A stretch of 64,000 nucleotides of DNA from Cladosporium halotolerans. Its lineage: Eukaryota. The stretch spans positions 310,001-374,000 of the forward strand of contig NW_027191473.1 in assembly GCF_011745625.1 (NCBI RefSeq), read 5' to 3'. A program made the position numbers and the translations under genes. The notes beneath the pieces are model-generated. The model was not told where the DNA came from and did not search any database. It saw nothing but the letters and a program-made list of their open reading frames with translations. Shown piece after piece: positions 1 through 11,463 of the stretch (position 1 is the first letter of the stretch; each line of letters begins with the position of its first letter).

Positions 1-439
1 ACGGGAAAAGGTAGTACCACATAAAACCCTTTTCTTTCAGAGGATAGAAAATTCTAGATGTGATGATTTCACTGTAGAGCCTCATGGAGCTCATTTTTTT
101 GGATGAGAGATGGTAGCCTCGGCCGCGGACTTGCTGTGTGGGAGAAACAAGATAGCCATTATGAATCCTTACGGAGAAGCTCTTTAATGACCCCCACGTT
201 AGCCGTTCTAGGTCGCAGTCTGTCGCCACAAACAAGTATGCAAACGAATTCAACATGCAAATTCATGTAGTCACGGTGCGAATAAGTCGCATGCATTCAC
301 TGAAGTGAGGTCTTCAGCAACGCTCGGGCCCGAAACGCCGAAGCGCGCGCCTCGTCATGATCGCGAACTTTCCCAGAGCTGTGGTGGCATGCATGTGAAC
401 ACTCTATTCGCTTGCGCCAGAACGCACACCATCTCAGCC

Positions 440-2123
440 ATGCTTTCTACAGATCAGATACTTGAAGAGGCCGCTCGCGATGGCTCCATCGATATGTACG
501 TATCGCTCATCCTCTCGCAACGGCCTCTTGACTAACTTGCGACAGCGCCGAGTGGCCTCGCGTGCTCGAGAACGTGCTCCAAAGGCTGCACAACGTGCGT
601 TCCTCCTTGCTTCGCATCTGCCCTGACTCCACTGATTGCAAGTGCAGATTGTCTATACCGATTTTCCACTTCCCAGCATACCTCTCCCAGCCCCTCTGCC
701 GTCCACCATCGACCCCGAGGTTGTAGCCTCAACACCGCCGCAGGCCGCCGGCGAACCCGACAATCGCGACCCAGACATTACCCTGCCCGACGCCGACGAC
801 GATACCGCTCCCACCGCTAGCCAGAGTAGCACGAAAGAGAACGATGCGCCGTCCGGTGGTGCCACAGTCAAACCCCCAGTCCCCAAATTCGACGAGCAGC
901 GCTCGCCTCAGCAGAGTCAGCAACAGACGGACAGTATAGAGCCGCCATCCGGCACTTTGCCGCCGGATCTGTTGAGCTCATACCAAGCCTCTACGCGCGT
1001 GCTACAGGGCTCATTTGCGCAAAGCCCTCCATACACCATCCAGCGTCTGGCGGAGCTGGTATTATACCCTCGCAAGCACTACCGCTTCCTGCCCGCTTAC
1101 CTGCGCGCGCTGGATCGCGTGATCGCTGTCAGCTCGCCTGTATCAGACTTCCCACTACCCAGCGGCATCAACACTGCGAATGGTGGCTTTCTCACAAATG
1201 GCGACTCGAACGGAGCACAAGAGAGGGAAGGACTTGGAAGTGATGAGAGCTTAGGCGGCGCGCTTCTCACACCGATCCCATGGCTGCGGAATAGCAATGG
1301 CCTCAACTCTGGCCAAGGAGACGGCGAACTCCATTCTGAAGGCACGGAAACCATCCAAGGCCCGAATGGCGCAGGGAGCATTGAGACTGTTAGTGTCACC
1401 GTCAACGGCGTACCCTCCGCCAGTAGTGCCTCGCACACATCCCCCAGCACCAGCACCCCCGCTTCACCGACGCTTAGTGAGCAGTCGGATGCGAGCACGG
1501 GCTCATCGACGGGATCTACAGAACAGCAACTGCGTGAGCAAGGCGGGGTTACACAAGGGGAATTGCTGAGACAGGAACAGGAAGCTGGTGTCGTGCCAGT
1601 CGCACAGACGGCTCCCAGACGTACGTTACTTTCTACAAGCGCGGCCGCAGTCGGGCGGGAAACGCCTAGTGGAGATGTGGTGATAGAGGGTAGCCCCGAG
1701 GAGATGGAGGAGCGGCCGGAGGAGCATCCTCATGCTCGCGGGCCAGATGTCATTGGAATGGAAGACATGGGCCCGCAGCAGCATCCGCTGGGAGATCAGC
1801 GCATCGACATGGAAGCTGCTGTTGGCAGACATCATTCGCCGCCGCTCCCTGCTTCAGAGGCAGAGGCGCCGGATGCAGATGCTATGCTTGACGATGCGAA
1901 GCAGGACGACGCGGGCAAGCCCGGGCAAGATCCTGCGGATTTTGAGAAAGATATCGCCAAGTTGAAGGAGACGTCGAATGAGGCAAAGGAGGAAGCGGCG
2001 AAGGATTCCCAGGGAGACGTCGTTGTTGGTGACGCTGACGGGCGCTCGGTGGATGAGATCGAGAAAGATGAGCCTTCGGCCAATTCGGGTGAACCTGACG
2101 CTGCGGATGCCACGGCACAGTGA
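440..2123 (+). CDS. Protein phosphatase 4 core regulatory subunit R2 (PPP4R2/Psy4 family), 3 exons
   Basis: Family core PPYTIQRLAELVLYPRKHYRFLPAYLRALDRV and LTPIPWL. ATG at 440 (MLSTDQILEEAARDG). Introns ~496-545 (GTACGT..CTAAC..CAG) and ~595-647 join it to the 636-2123 ORF. Confidence 0.85.
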
Positions 2124-2949
2124 ATCCCGAACTGTCTAGCTACGAGAAATCAAACGACTAATGATATTCCATATGACTGCTGAATCGGATATGGATGTGA
2201 GTACGCGTAGTGCCGAGGAACGGACCAGTCTATGCAGTTTATTCGTCATGCTCGTTTCTTTCGATGTCTCCCATTATTACATGCAAGCACGAATTCAGCT
2301 ATTTATTGTGTTCAACAGCATTTCTCGTTGTGCATAGATCTCCCAGAAATGGGATCCCGCAGCGTCGGCAATCCCCATCAGGCTACAAGGCCAACTCAGG
2401 CTTGCCACCTCACACAACCTCACTCACAAACATACGCGTCCGCGCACACCGAGATAACAGACTTCATCGCATTGACCGACATCAACACCATCAGATTGAT
2501 ACCCCTCTCGTATCATCTGACCAACCATGAACGGAGCTCTCTGCCCTACACGGTCCCGCGACCGCTCGGTGTCCTCGGGCGCCGACACTAGCCCGAACGT
2601 GGAGATTTTTGGCCGCCAGGCGATCATCGGCCGTCAATGATTAATCGGCCATGACGGCCTTATATGTTCCTGAGCTATGCTTTCGCGCGGAGCGAAAGTT
2701 GAAGAGAGGGAAGAGAGTGAGGTGTGATCTATGCCAGACTGGAGAGTCACCGCGGATTTTTTCGTCTCTGGCTCTTGGAAGAGCTTCGCTCGCCACTTTG
2801 GATTTTCCACCTGGTTGGATCAAGAACATACACGACTTAGATGAAGAGCAATAGTCGCAAGACGAGCTGTATCCTCATTAATACACCTACCCTTGAAATC
2901 ACTACACACCAACCAACACCACCAAAACCAGCTGGACCAAGCCGCCAAA

Positions 2950-4473
2950 ATGTTCGCCTGGTACACCGGCACACCCACCACGCCACCCCTGTGGCTCGCC
3001 GCCCGCACCTCCCGCACCTTCATCACGCTCACCGTCGCCATGGCCATCTTCACCGACATCTTCGTCTACGGCATCATCGTGCCCGTGGTGCCCTTCGCCC
3101 TCACCTCGCGCGCCGGCGTGCCCGAGTCCCGCATCCAGACCTGGGTGTCGATTCTGCTGGCCGTCTACGGCGCGGCACTGCTCGTCACGGCGCCCGTCTG
3201 CGGCTGGTTGGCGGATAGGTCGACGTCGAGGCGGGCGCCGTTGCTGTTGGGGTTGCTGGCGCTGGCGGGGAGTACGGTTTTGCTTTGCGTGGGGCGGTCG
3301 GTGGGGGTTATTGCTGCGGGGAGAGTGCTGCAGGGTGTTTCGGCTGCTGTTGTTTGGGTTGTTGGGTTGGCGCTGTTGGTTGATACGGTTGGGGGAGACG
3401 AGATTGGAGAGGCGATGGGGTATGTGGGGTTGGCGATGAGTTTGGGCGTTTTGCTGGCGCCGCTGCTGGGCGGTGTGGTGTTTGAGAGGGCTGGGTACTA
3501 TGCTGTGTGGGCTATGGCTTTTGGGCTCATTGGGCTGGATATTGTGCTACGGTTGGCGATGGTAGAGAGGAAGATCGCTGTCAGGTGGGACGCGCAGTAT
3601 GCGCCTAAGAGAGCGGAGATGGACGATGCCACCGCTGCGGGAGATACGGAACCGAAGCAACTGGATGAGAAAACCGACGGGACTTCCAGCGACGACGAAG
3701 CGGCAGAACCAAACAACGCTCCCTCACCATCTCCAGCCCCCGAACCATCATCACCCGACCACCCCACCCCGAAGCCCAAACCAAAATGGCACGCCCACCT
3801 CCCCCCCATCCTCCGCCTCCTCGCCTCCCGCCGCCTCCTCGCCGCCCTCTGGGCCGTCCTAATCCAATCCTCCCTCCTAACCTCCTTCGACAGCGTCCTC
3901 CCCCTCTTCGTCAAAACCACTTTCAACTGGTCCGCCACCGGCGCCGGCCTCATCTTCCTGCCCATCGTCATCCCGACCTTCCTGGGCCCCTACATCGGGC
4001 ACCTCAGCGACCGCCACGGACCCCGCTGGTACGCGGCGGCCGGCTTCCTCGGCGCCAGCCCCTTCCTGATCCTCCTCCGGCTCGTGACGGCCAACACGCT
4101 GCGCCAGAAAGCCCTCCTCTGCGCGCTGCTGGCGCTCGTCGGCTTCTTCCTCATCCTGGCGATCACGCCCGTCATGGCCGAGGTCACGTACGCCGTCATG
4201 GCCAAGGAGCGCCGCCGCCCGCGCGGCTACTACGGCGCGCACGGGGCGTACGCGCAGGCTTACAGCCTGTTTAATATCGCCTGGGCGGCGGGGTGCATGG
4301 TCGGCCCGCTGCTGGCGGGGCTGGTGGTTGAGGCGGAGGGGTGGAGCGCGGCGACGCTGATTCTGGGGTGCGTGGCGGTTTTTACGGTGGTGCCGACGGT
4401 GGTTTGGACGGGGGGGAGTTGGCGGAAGAGAGGGCGGGAGGGGGTTGGGGAGAAGAAGGGGGAGGGAGTGTAG
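2950..4473 (+). CDS. MFS transporter, vesicular amine transporter (SLC18/VMAT)-like
   Basis: About 12 hydrophobic segments, MFS motif A (GWLADRSTSRR; GHLSDRHGPR), FTDIFVYGIIVPVVP in TM1, AQAYSLFN. ATG at 2950 in CAAAATG context. Confidence 0.88.
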   Translation: MFAWYTGTPTTPPLWLAARTSRTFITLTVAMAIFTDIFVYGIIVPVVPFALTSRAGVPESRIQTWVSILLAVYGAALLVTAPVCGWLADRSTSRRAPLLLGLLALAGSTVLLCVGRSVGVIAAGRVLQGVSAAVVWVVGLALLVDTVGGDEIGEAMGYVGLAMSLGVLLAPLLGGVVFERAGYYAVWAMAFGLIGLDIVLRLAMVERKIAVRWDAQYAPKRAEMDDATAAGDTEPKQLDEKTDGTSSDDEAAEPNNAPSPSPAPEPSSPDHPTPKPKPKWHAHLPPILRLLASRRLLAALWAVLIQSSLLTSFDSVLPLFVKTTFNWSATGAGLIFLPIVIPTFLGPYIGHLSDRHGPRWYAAAGFLGASPFLILLRLVTANTLRQKALLCALLALVGFFLILAITPVMAEVTYAVMAKERRRPRGYYGAHGAYAQAYSLFNIAWAAGCMVGPLLAGLVVEAEGWSAATLILGCVAVFTVVPTVVWTGGSWRKRGREGVGEKKGEGV

Positions 4474-4761
4474 ATTTGTGAGTGATGGGTTGCCAACGCG
4501 TGGCGTTGCGCTGCGTTGCATTTGATTGTTTGTATACGATTGGAGATAGAGATACCCCTGTGGATAAATGCATTGCGATAGAAATAAGCTCGTTATGGAA
4601 ATAAGGTCGTTATGGTCCTCTATCAAAAACTTCTTCGTAACGTCGTCACCGGCCAAAATCGTCACTCTCATCAATCCCATCATAACGAACCCAATACAAC
4701 AAAAACCCAAAACTCATAACCTCATCCCCCCAACCCCATGACTCATCAACCAACCGCCTCC

Positions 4762-6549
4762 TCAGCCCACCCCAAAAACCCTCGGCCCCCCCTCCAGCAC
4801 CCTCCTCCAAGCCCCCAGCGCGCCCTCGCCCCCCTCCCCGCAACCCCTCACCCACACCCAGTCCATTTGCCAGAGAACGTCGAGCGGCAGCGCGGCGTCG
4901 GGGAATGTGCACCGCGGCGCGGCGGAGAGGAAGTACTCCTTGCTCGTGTCGGAAGCGAAGAGGGCGCGCACGGCGGCGACGAAGGGGGCGTAGAAAGAGG
5001 GGTCGGCGTCGGCGTCGGAGGACTCGGGGGCGAGGTCGAAGCCGTCGAGGATCACGGAGGGGCCGAAGGGGCGGAGGGGTTGCGTGGTGGAGTTGGTGGT
5101 GGGGGAGCCGAAGAGGTGCCAGAGGGTCTGGGCGAGGGTTTCTGCTTCGGCGGCGGAGGAAAAGGGGGTGTTGGCGGCGCTGAGGGAGAGGAGGATTTTC
5201 TTGCCGTGATGCGTTTGGCAGGTTGCGATTTGGGAGGCGAGGGCGGGGCAGGATTGGAGGGCTGGAGCGCCGGCGGCGAGTTGGGCTGGGGAAGGGGGGT
5301 CGCAGGCGGGGCCGAGCGAGAGGGTCGGGTAGTTGGGGGAGGTCGGGGAGGTGAAGGAGGTTAGGGAGGAGAGGAGGATTATGTCGACGGCGGGGTTGGC
5401 GCAGAGGGTTAGGAGGCTGTCGGGGGTAGTTGCGGAGGTGCTGTCGTAGTAGACTGCGACGTTGGAGGTGGAGTCGGGGTCGAAGGTGTATGAGGAGGGT
5501 GTGGGTGAGACAGGAGCGTACGAAGGAGGCAGGACTTCTGTGGTGGATGGAGGGGGCTCAGATTCCGCTGAGGACTGCAGCACTTGCGTGAGCGTTTCTG
5601 TGGGTGCATCCGTGTTGGACTCTGTGTGGCCATCCACATCCGACCATGGAGCAGGCGGAGTGAATTCAGGTTCGAGAGAGACGTTGGTTGTAGTCATGTC
5701 CGAGCTCGTGCTGGACATGACATCCGACTCTGGTGGAGATGGACTGGGCTCAGAGTTGAGTGCCTCTGTGCTTGAGTCTGTAAGTTCGCTCGTACTAGGC
5801 TCGAGAGTTGGCTCAGGCGTGAGTGCCTCCGTGCTCGACTCAATGGGCTCACTCATGCTGATCTCGACAGTCGACTCAGGCCACGGCGCAGGCTGAGTGA
5901 ATCCCGGCCCGAAGAAATCCGTAGTCACCGCGACATCCTCCGGTGTACTGGGCTGGACATCGGATTCAGGCCAGGGTGCAGGCGGCGTGAGGAACGTTCC
6001 ATTAACAGTCAGCGCCGTTTCATTAATCGCCCCTCCCGTCACCATTGACATGTGCTTCGTGATGGTTACGTTCGACGTCAAAGTGCGGGTGACGCGGATC
6101 GTGCTGGTAGTAATGGAATCGGTAGCGTGAGAGGAGGCGTTAGTTGCAATGGAGTTGTTTGTGTTCACACTTCCTGTGACTATAGGCGGTGATGGAGACA
6201 AGACCGGACCGACAGGTGAGACAGGACTGGAGCCAGAATTGTTGATGATGCTGGCGACCAGATCTTCGAGCTCCTTGAGGCGCTGCTCTAGCCCTACGAT
6301 GAAAGACCAGAGATCTTCGGGAAGGTCGCTAAGGCCGGAAGAAATCTTCTGCATGTCCTCGATTAGGGCATTGGCGGCCGTGAAAGAAGGTGAAGCTGCG
6401 CTCGTGGTTGAGGAGGCGAAGGTGCCTATACGATCACGGGGGTAATGGCGGTGGTTTGGTCTTCGATGGGCATGTCGAGCGACAGCTGTATGCGGGAATA
6501 CGAAGAGGATGCACAAAAATATGCTGAAGCGAGAGATTCGTGAAATCAT
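4762..6549 (-). CDS. Secreted protein: long Ser/Thr/Pro/Glu-rich region plus C-terminal degenerate, truncated GH18 class III chitinase-like domain
   Basis: Signal-peptide-like MISRISRFSIFLCILFVFPHTAVA. GH18 elements NVAVYY, CQTHHGKKILLSL, LWHLFG, RPFGPSVILDGFDLAPE, YFLSAAPRCTFPDA, DWVWV. Confidence 0.8.
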   Translation of the reverse strand: MISRISRFSIFLCILFVFPHTAVARHAHRRPNHRHYPRDRIGTFASSTTSAASPSFTAANALIEDMQKISSGLSDLPEDLWSFIVGLEQRLKELEDLVASIINNSGSSPVSPVGPVLSPSPPIVTGSVNTNNSIATNASSHATDSITTSTIRVTRTLTSNVTITKHMSMVTGGAINETALTVNGTFLTPPAPWPESDVQPSTPEDVAVTTDFFGPGFTQPAPWPESTVEISMSEPIESSTEALTPEPTLEPSTSELTDSSTEALNSEPSPSPPESDVMSSTSSDMTTTNVSLEPEFTPPAPWSDVDGHTESNTDAPTETLTQVLQSSAESEPPPSTTEVLPPSYAPVSPTPSSYTFDPDSTSNVAVYYDSTSATTPDSLLTLCANPAVDIILLSSLTSFTSPTSPNYPTLSLGPACDPPSPAQLAAGAPALQSCPALASQIATCQTHHGKKILLSLSAANTPFSSAAEAETLAQTLWHLFGSPTTNSTTQPLRPFGPSVILDGFDLAPESSDADADPSFYAPFVAAVRALFASDTSKEYFLSAAPRCTFPDAALPLDVLWQMDWVWVRGCGEGGEGALGAWRRVLEGGPRVFGVG

Positions 6550-7614
6550 GATGCTGGGCTTAAGCGCCACTGAGTTGCTCGACGACGTCCCTTTCACCTA
6601 CCTTCATCGTTGCCGGTGGATATATGTCGATGGTCATGGTGGAGGCTGAAGAAAGAATGGTGGCAGAAAGAAAGATGGCAAGTGCATGAAGACGCTATGC
6701 AGGTGATGAAGCTGGGTGGATGCACGAGAGGCCAAGTCCACATTCCTGGAGGTTTGGCAGGAATGTTGGAGCCTCGACTCACCTATACTGGTGGGTGAAC
6801 ATCAGTTGGACCAAAAGGCGATACGGTCAATGTTCACTATAAATGCACAGCAATGTGAAGGTGAAGTCGCATGTTTAACCGCGTGTAAGGTTAAAGCTGC
6901 TCTCTCCACGTTTAGCGGGCAGAATTGGCTGCAGTGGTGCATGGAGACATGCAGCTGTCACGCATGATCGACACTACTGGAGTTTGTCTGATCTCACCAC
7001 CTGTCGATCCGGGGCAGCCGGCCGCTGCACATTTGATACGCGTGCATGAGTGGATGGTGATGTGATGACTGCACCGGTTGAAAGTGGGCGTTGTCGCTCT
7101 CGCCAGGTCGACAGGTCGAGCAGCGTGACGGCAGGGCAAGCTGACAGATTCTCGCAGCTAGCGGTAGCTGTGGCTGCGGGCTAGAGCATTGCGGCGCAGC
7201 TATCGTGCGTGGTAGCCTCGATCGTGCGCGTGTTGACGGCGAGAGCCGTTTGATGCGCGCTGAACGTGAGTGGAAGGGTGTCGGATGGGTGTCTCTGCCA
7301 TCCGTTTGAAATGGCGGGGAGGTGTATGATGATGATGCAGGGAGGTGTATGATGCAGCGTCGAAGAAGGACTACATCATCAGGGTTGCAGCGAGGCTGGA
7401 GGTGTCTCGGATTGCAAGACAGCAGCAGCGCTCGACGGACGGCACGGCAGCGCAGCCCTACCCCGCCAAGCGCGGCGGCGGTGGAGGCGGGTGGAGCGAG
7501 TGGAGCGGGCGAGAGAAAAGCGCAGGCAGAGCGCGCACGAGGTGGAGATGCCGATGCCGAGGCTGAGCGGCGCTGCAGCAGGCCAGTGGTAGGTACCTTA
7601 GCCCAGGCGCAGCG

Positions 7615-7668
7615 GTGCCAGTGCCAGTGCCAGTGCCAGTGCCAGTGCCAGTGCCAGTGCCAGTGCCA
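7615..7668. repeat. Hexanucleotide microsatellite (GTGCCA)9
   Basis: Nine perfect tandem copies read directly. Confidence 0.97.
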
Positions 7669-8657
7669 GCCGTCTGGACTGTGGCAATCCGCGCATGCAT
7701 GCGAGTGCGAGATGATACCCTAGGTACAGTAGTAATCTGCAGCTGCCTTGCTCAGCGATAACGGGCGCTGAGAGGAGGCGATGGCCTGATGGAGTGACAG
7801 CACTCAACAACAGCACTCGCCATCAATCGACAGCACTCGCCGTCAATAATCGACAGGAGACGGCTCAGAATGCTGATGGACGGTCCAGGGACGGGCGACA
7901 AGCGAGCGGCGGCATGGCAATGATGCAAAGAGCCGCGCGAGAGCCGTGTGCGCGCCTGTCGCATCGCAGTCCATCAGCCTTTCTGCTCCGTCTGCCCCGT
8001 CTGCCTTTCGGGGCGAGCGCTGCTGCACCGCGGTTGGCTGCTGAGCCTGCCCGCCCCGCAGATCGCAAGGCCCTGCGCCCGCCAACTGCCAAACCTTCTT
8101 GACTCTCGCGACCCTCGTCCGCTGCTCTGCTCGTGCTGACGCTCCGTCCATCCCGCCTGTGCTAAAACCACTCGGCACCGCTGCTGGCGCCGTGCAGGTT
8201 GCAGCCGGTGATAAGTGCTGCCGTCACATTCCGCCGCCGCCGACAACCCGTCTCGCTAATCCTCACTACCCACGACAAGGGTGCACACCGCGCATAACCC
8301 CAGAGTTGCTGGCAACCGGTCCGCCGCGAATCCCTGTGTCCCTCGTCTAGTCGTCTACACTACTCCTCCACCGCCGACACCGCCACGGCCAGACGCCAAA
8401 CAAACACCTGTGCAGGCCGCAGCAGAAGAGACTCAGCCTCGAACAACACACGAATCATCCTCCCCCTCCCGCGCCAACACTACCTACTTCCAACAGCCTC
8501 GCTGGCTCCGTGGCTTAGCGCGTTCCGTGACAGCGCTGCCTTCTGCTTTGAAAGAAAGAAGAATGTACTAGGCGCTGGCGCCGAATCCTGCCGCTCTGTT
8601 GTCGACCAGCATTTGTTACACCCGTCTGCTCGCCAAAACACTTAGCGATACCACACA

Positions 8658-10064
8658 ATGTCGTCCTACGGCTCGACAATGACCGCTCCAGCGGCTACGA
8701 AGCAACCTCGAGCAAAACTCCACAAGCGCGGCAACTCCGGCTCTTCCACTCCCACCAGTGGACCGCCCTCGGCACTGCGAGGTAGCCTCGACGCTTTCAC
8801 AACACCATGGGTGACATACGAGGAGCCCACTTCAGAAATCTCCTCGCCCAAACCCTTGGTACCAACTCCCAGATTAAAACCATACCTCCGGAAATCCTCT
8901 TCACAAAAAGACGATCAAGGGAAGCTTGACCTGTCAACGTCAACAGTAGAAAACGAAGGATTAGCAGGCTTAGGAATACAAGATTTCGGCACAAGGACCG
9001 CCAGCGACGTCTCCTTCTCCCGCTCAAGTCGCCGAACAGCCTCCCACTCGCGAACAGTCAGCGGCTGCTCCTCCGCCTCCACCGGCTCCGGCTCCTTCAA
9101 ACCCACGCACCCCTTCATCCACCCCATGCGCCGCGAACCCCGCCCCTACACCCCTCCCCTCGGCCACTCGAGCGCCTCCTCCCTGAACGAAGAAGAAGCC
9201 AACGAAAGCAGCGACATGGTCGACGACGAGTTCAAACCCGCCGGCGGGGGCTACAGCTACCACTCCCGCCGCAGCACCTCCATCAGCTCCACGCCACAAA
9301 TCGCCCCCACGCCCCTCTCACAATCCCACACCGCCCTCGACCTCGACCCCACCACCCTCGGCATCCCCCCCAAACTCACCTCCGCCCCCTCCCAGTCCCC
9401 CCTGGACCCGGACCCCTCCCCGCCCAACACCAAACTCCCCCCTCTCCTCCTGCACAAACGCTCCGCCTCCGCCGCCACCGCCCCAACAGCCAGCACCTCC
9501 TCGCCGACCGAGCCCCGCCCCCGCGCCAGCATCGACCGCGCCGTCTCCTACATCTCCCGCCGCTCGACAAACACAGAGCCCGCCGAGCCCCCGCCCTCGC
9601 GCTCCGAGCGCATCCGCCTCGCGCGCGCCAAGTTCGACGCCAAAGAGGCAAGCAAGGACCGCAAGGCGGCGCAGAAGCTGGCGCGGCGCAGCGAGGCGGA
9701 GGAGCAACAGCAGCAGCGCGCGAGCAACGTCAGCAGCGGGCGGCGGCCGAGTCTGGCCGCGCTGCAGAGCGGGCGCTTGCGGAGGGACAGTAAGCGGGAC
9801 AGCAGGGAGATGAACACGTCCGCTGGCGAGAAGGAGAAGGGGAGGCGGGATGTGGGTTGCAGGCCTTACGAGGCGCTGGAGGGCGCGGGGTTGCCGGTCA
9901 GGAGCGACGCCGCGGCGGGGGTTTGGGAGGAGAAGACGCCGGAGGAGGTCGTGCGGAGCTTTCCGAGGCGGAGGGGTGCGGGTGCGGCGGCCAAGGGCGG
10001 GTGGGTGAGGTTCGAGACGTGGGTGAGGACGCGGGTCGCGAGTTGTGGGGGGGAGAGGAGGTGA
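8658..10064 (+). CDS. Hypothetical Ser/Pro-rich fungal protein with a short coiled coil and C-terminal amphipathic helix
   Basis: 468-aa ORF, CACAATG start context, coding-like codon usage. Motifs FIHPMRREPRPYTPP and GGWVRFETWVRTR. Confidence 0.8.
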   Translation: MSSYGSTMTAPAATKQPRAKLHKRGNSGSSTPTSGPPSALRGSLDAFTTPWVTYEEPTSEISSPKPLVPTPRLKPYLRKSSSQKDDQGKLDLSTSTVENEGLAGLGIQDFGTRTASDVSFSRSSRRTASHSRTVSGCSSASTGSGSFKPTHPFIHPMRREPRPYTPPLGHSSASSLNEEEANESSDMVDDEFKPAGGGYSYHSRRSTSISSTPQIAPTPLSQSHTALDLDPTTLGIPPKLTSAPSQSPLDPDPSPPNTKLPPLLLHKRSASAATAPTASTSSPTEPRPRASIDRAVSYISRRSTNTEPAEPPPSRSERIRLARAKFDAKEASKDRKAAQKLARRSEAEEQQQQRASNVSSGRRPSLAALQSGRLRRDSKRDSREMNTSAGEKEKGRRDVGCRPYEALEGAGLPVRSDAAAGVWEEKTPEEVVRSFPRRRGAGAAAKGGWVRFETWVRTRVASCGGERR

Positions 10065-10957
10065 TCTTGAGAGTGCCGGGAGAAAGCAATGCATCGCCCT
10101 CCTCGGAGATGGCAAGAGAGAGAGGAAGATATCCAACGACATGTAGGACTACGCACATTGAGATGAAGGAATGAAAGAACAAAAACATTTTAAATACTGT
10201 CTTGCCTTGAGCTATCCTCGTACTCAAAAGCTCTCATTCCTAACATATCCTATGTGCAATGAGAAGATGTACTGTACCAATGGATTGTGTACACGCTGAG
10301 ACTTGGTCAGAGAAATGTCTAGTAGCCTGACAGTCACAGTCACTTGGGCGTATGAAGGTCAACTTCCGAGTCCGAAGTAATGAACATGTCGGCGATGGCC
10401 GACTTTATCTTTTTTCATGCAATTCTATGCACAAGTGACGAGTGTGTCTCTACAGCTGTTTCACTCAACGGCCTCTTTTCCACGTGATTCCACACAAGAG
10501 TGCCCTGTGTCACTGCTTCTCCTGAAATACCAATGGCCAAGAGTGCACCAGCCGCAGAAACATCCAGACTTCATCTTCAAGACGACATGACAGCAACTTC
10601 GTCATCACGTCTCCACCCGCGGACACGATTATGCCCAAAGAGCACAAAGCTGTCACGAAATGGTGCCTGAGCACGGCCGAAGAGGGTCTCGTTTCAGTCA
10701 AGCCCCACGCCAACACAGGAGCAACCAGCGGCTACGTCACTTGGCCTGAGCTCTACCTGCCCGCATCATCCCACCTTGCACGCGACCTCTCCTCTCGCGA
10801 GGTTAAAGCTGCTCTTGTCCATTGAAAAGCTACTTGCCTTCTCCTTCTTCTCCTCCAATTCAAACACAAGCAATCAAACACTCCATCACCGCAACTCACC
10901 ACCAACAACCTCCACAACTCACCACCACCACCTCATCCCACATACACAACCACCATC

Positions 10958-11463
10958 ATGCGCGGAAACGCCTCCCAGATCAAGGTCCACCTCAAGGGCG
11001 CCGAGGACGACTTCGTGATCTTCGCCGACAGCAAGCAGGCCGTCGAGGACTGGAAGAAGGACAAGAGCGTGCCCCTCGCCCAGGTCGTCAGCGGCTTCAA
11101 GATCTTCGTCACCCACAAGTAAGCATACCTCATCACCTGGCAGCATAGCTGTCGTTTTCGAGCGTCTCGGCTGACAGTGCTTCTCTTCCACAGGCAGGGC
11201 AACCAGGGCGTGATGGACGGCGCTTCTAAGGGCCAGCTCGAGGCCGAGTTCGGTACTTCCAAGGACGACGAGGTCGTTGCTCAGCTCCTTGAGAGGGGCA
11301 CTATTATCGAGAGCGAGGTATGACTCAGGCGTCCATTTCCCTTCTTGGATCAAGGTCCGAGCAAGATGCAATTATTCGTTCAGACATACTAACCCTTGTT
11401 TAACAGAACACCGGCCGTGACGGCGTCAAGAACATCAGCAGCGGCGGCTCCGTCGCCCACTAA
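10958..11463 (+). CDS. RTC3: SBDS N-terminal-domain protein (Rtc3/YHR087W-like), 3 exons
   Basis: Spliced product MRGNASQIKVHLKGAEDDFVIFADSKQAVEDWKKDKSVPLAQVVSGFKIFVTHK-QGNQGVMDGASKGQLEAEFGTSKDDEVVAQLLERG. Introns 11119-11193 and 11318-11406. Confidence 0.88.

Noticed and set aside
1..304. Box C-like GTGATGA (60-66) and CTGA (~300) suggesting a C/D snoRNA
   Set aside because: No terminal stem or recognisable rRNA guide; such motifs are common by chance and upstream context is cut off.
2200..2860. Short ORFs and an 8-bp inverted repeat (ggccgtca/tgacggcc, ~2629-2659) between PPP4R2 and the MFS gene
   Set aside because: No recognisable protein motif; the repeat is too short to indicate a MITE and no target-site duplication is seen.
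7322..7816. ORFs with CQCQ, TGTG and ALAL repeats
   Set aside because: Translations of the GTGCCA microsatellite, not proteins.
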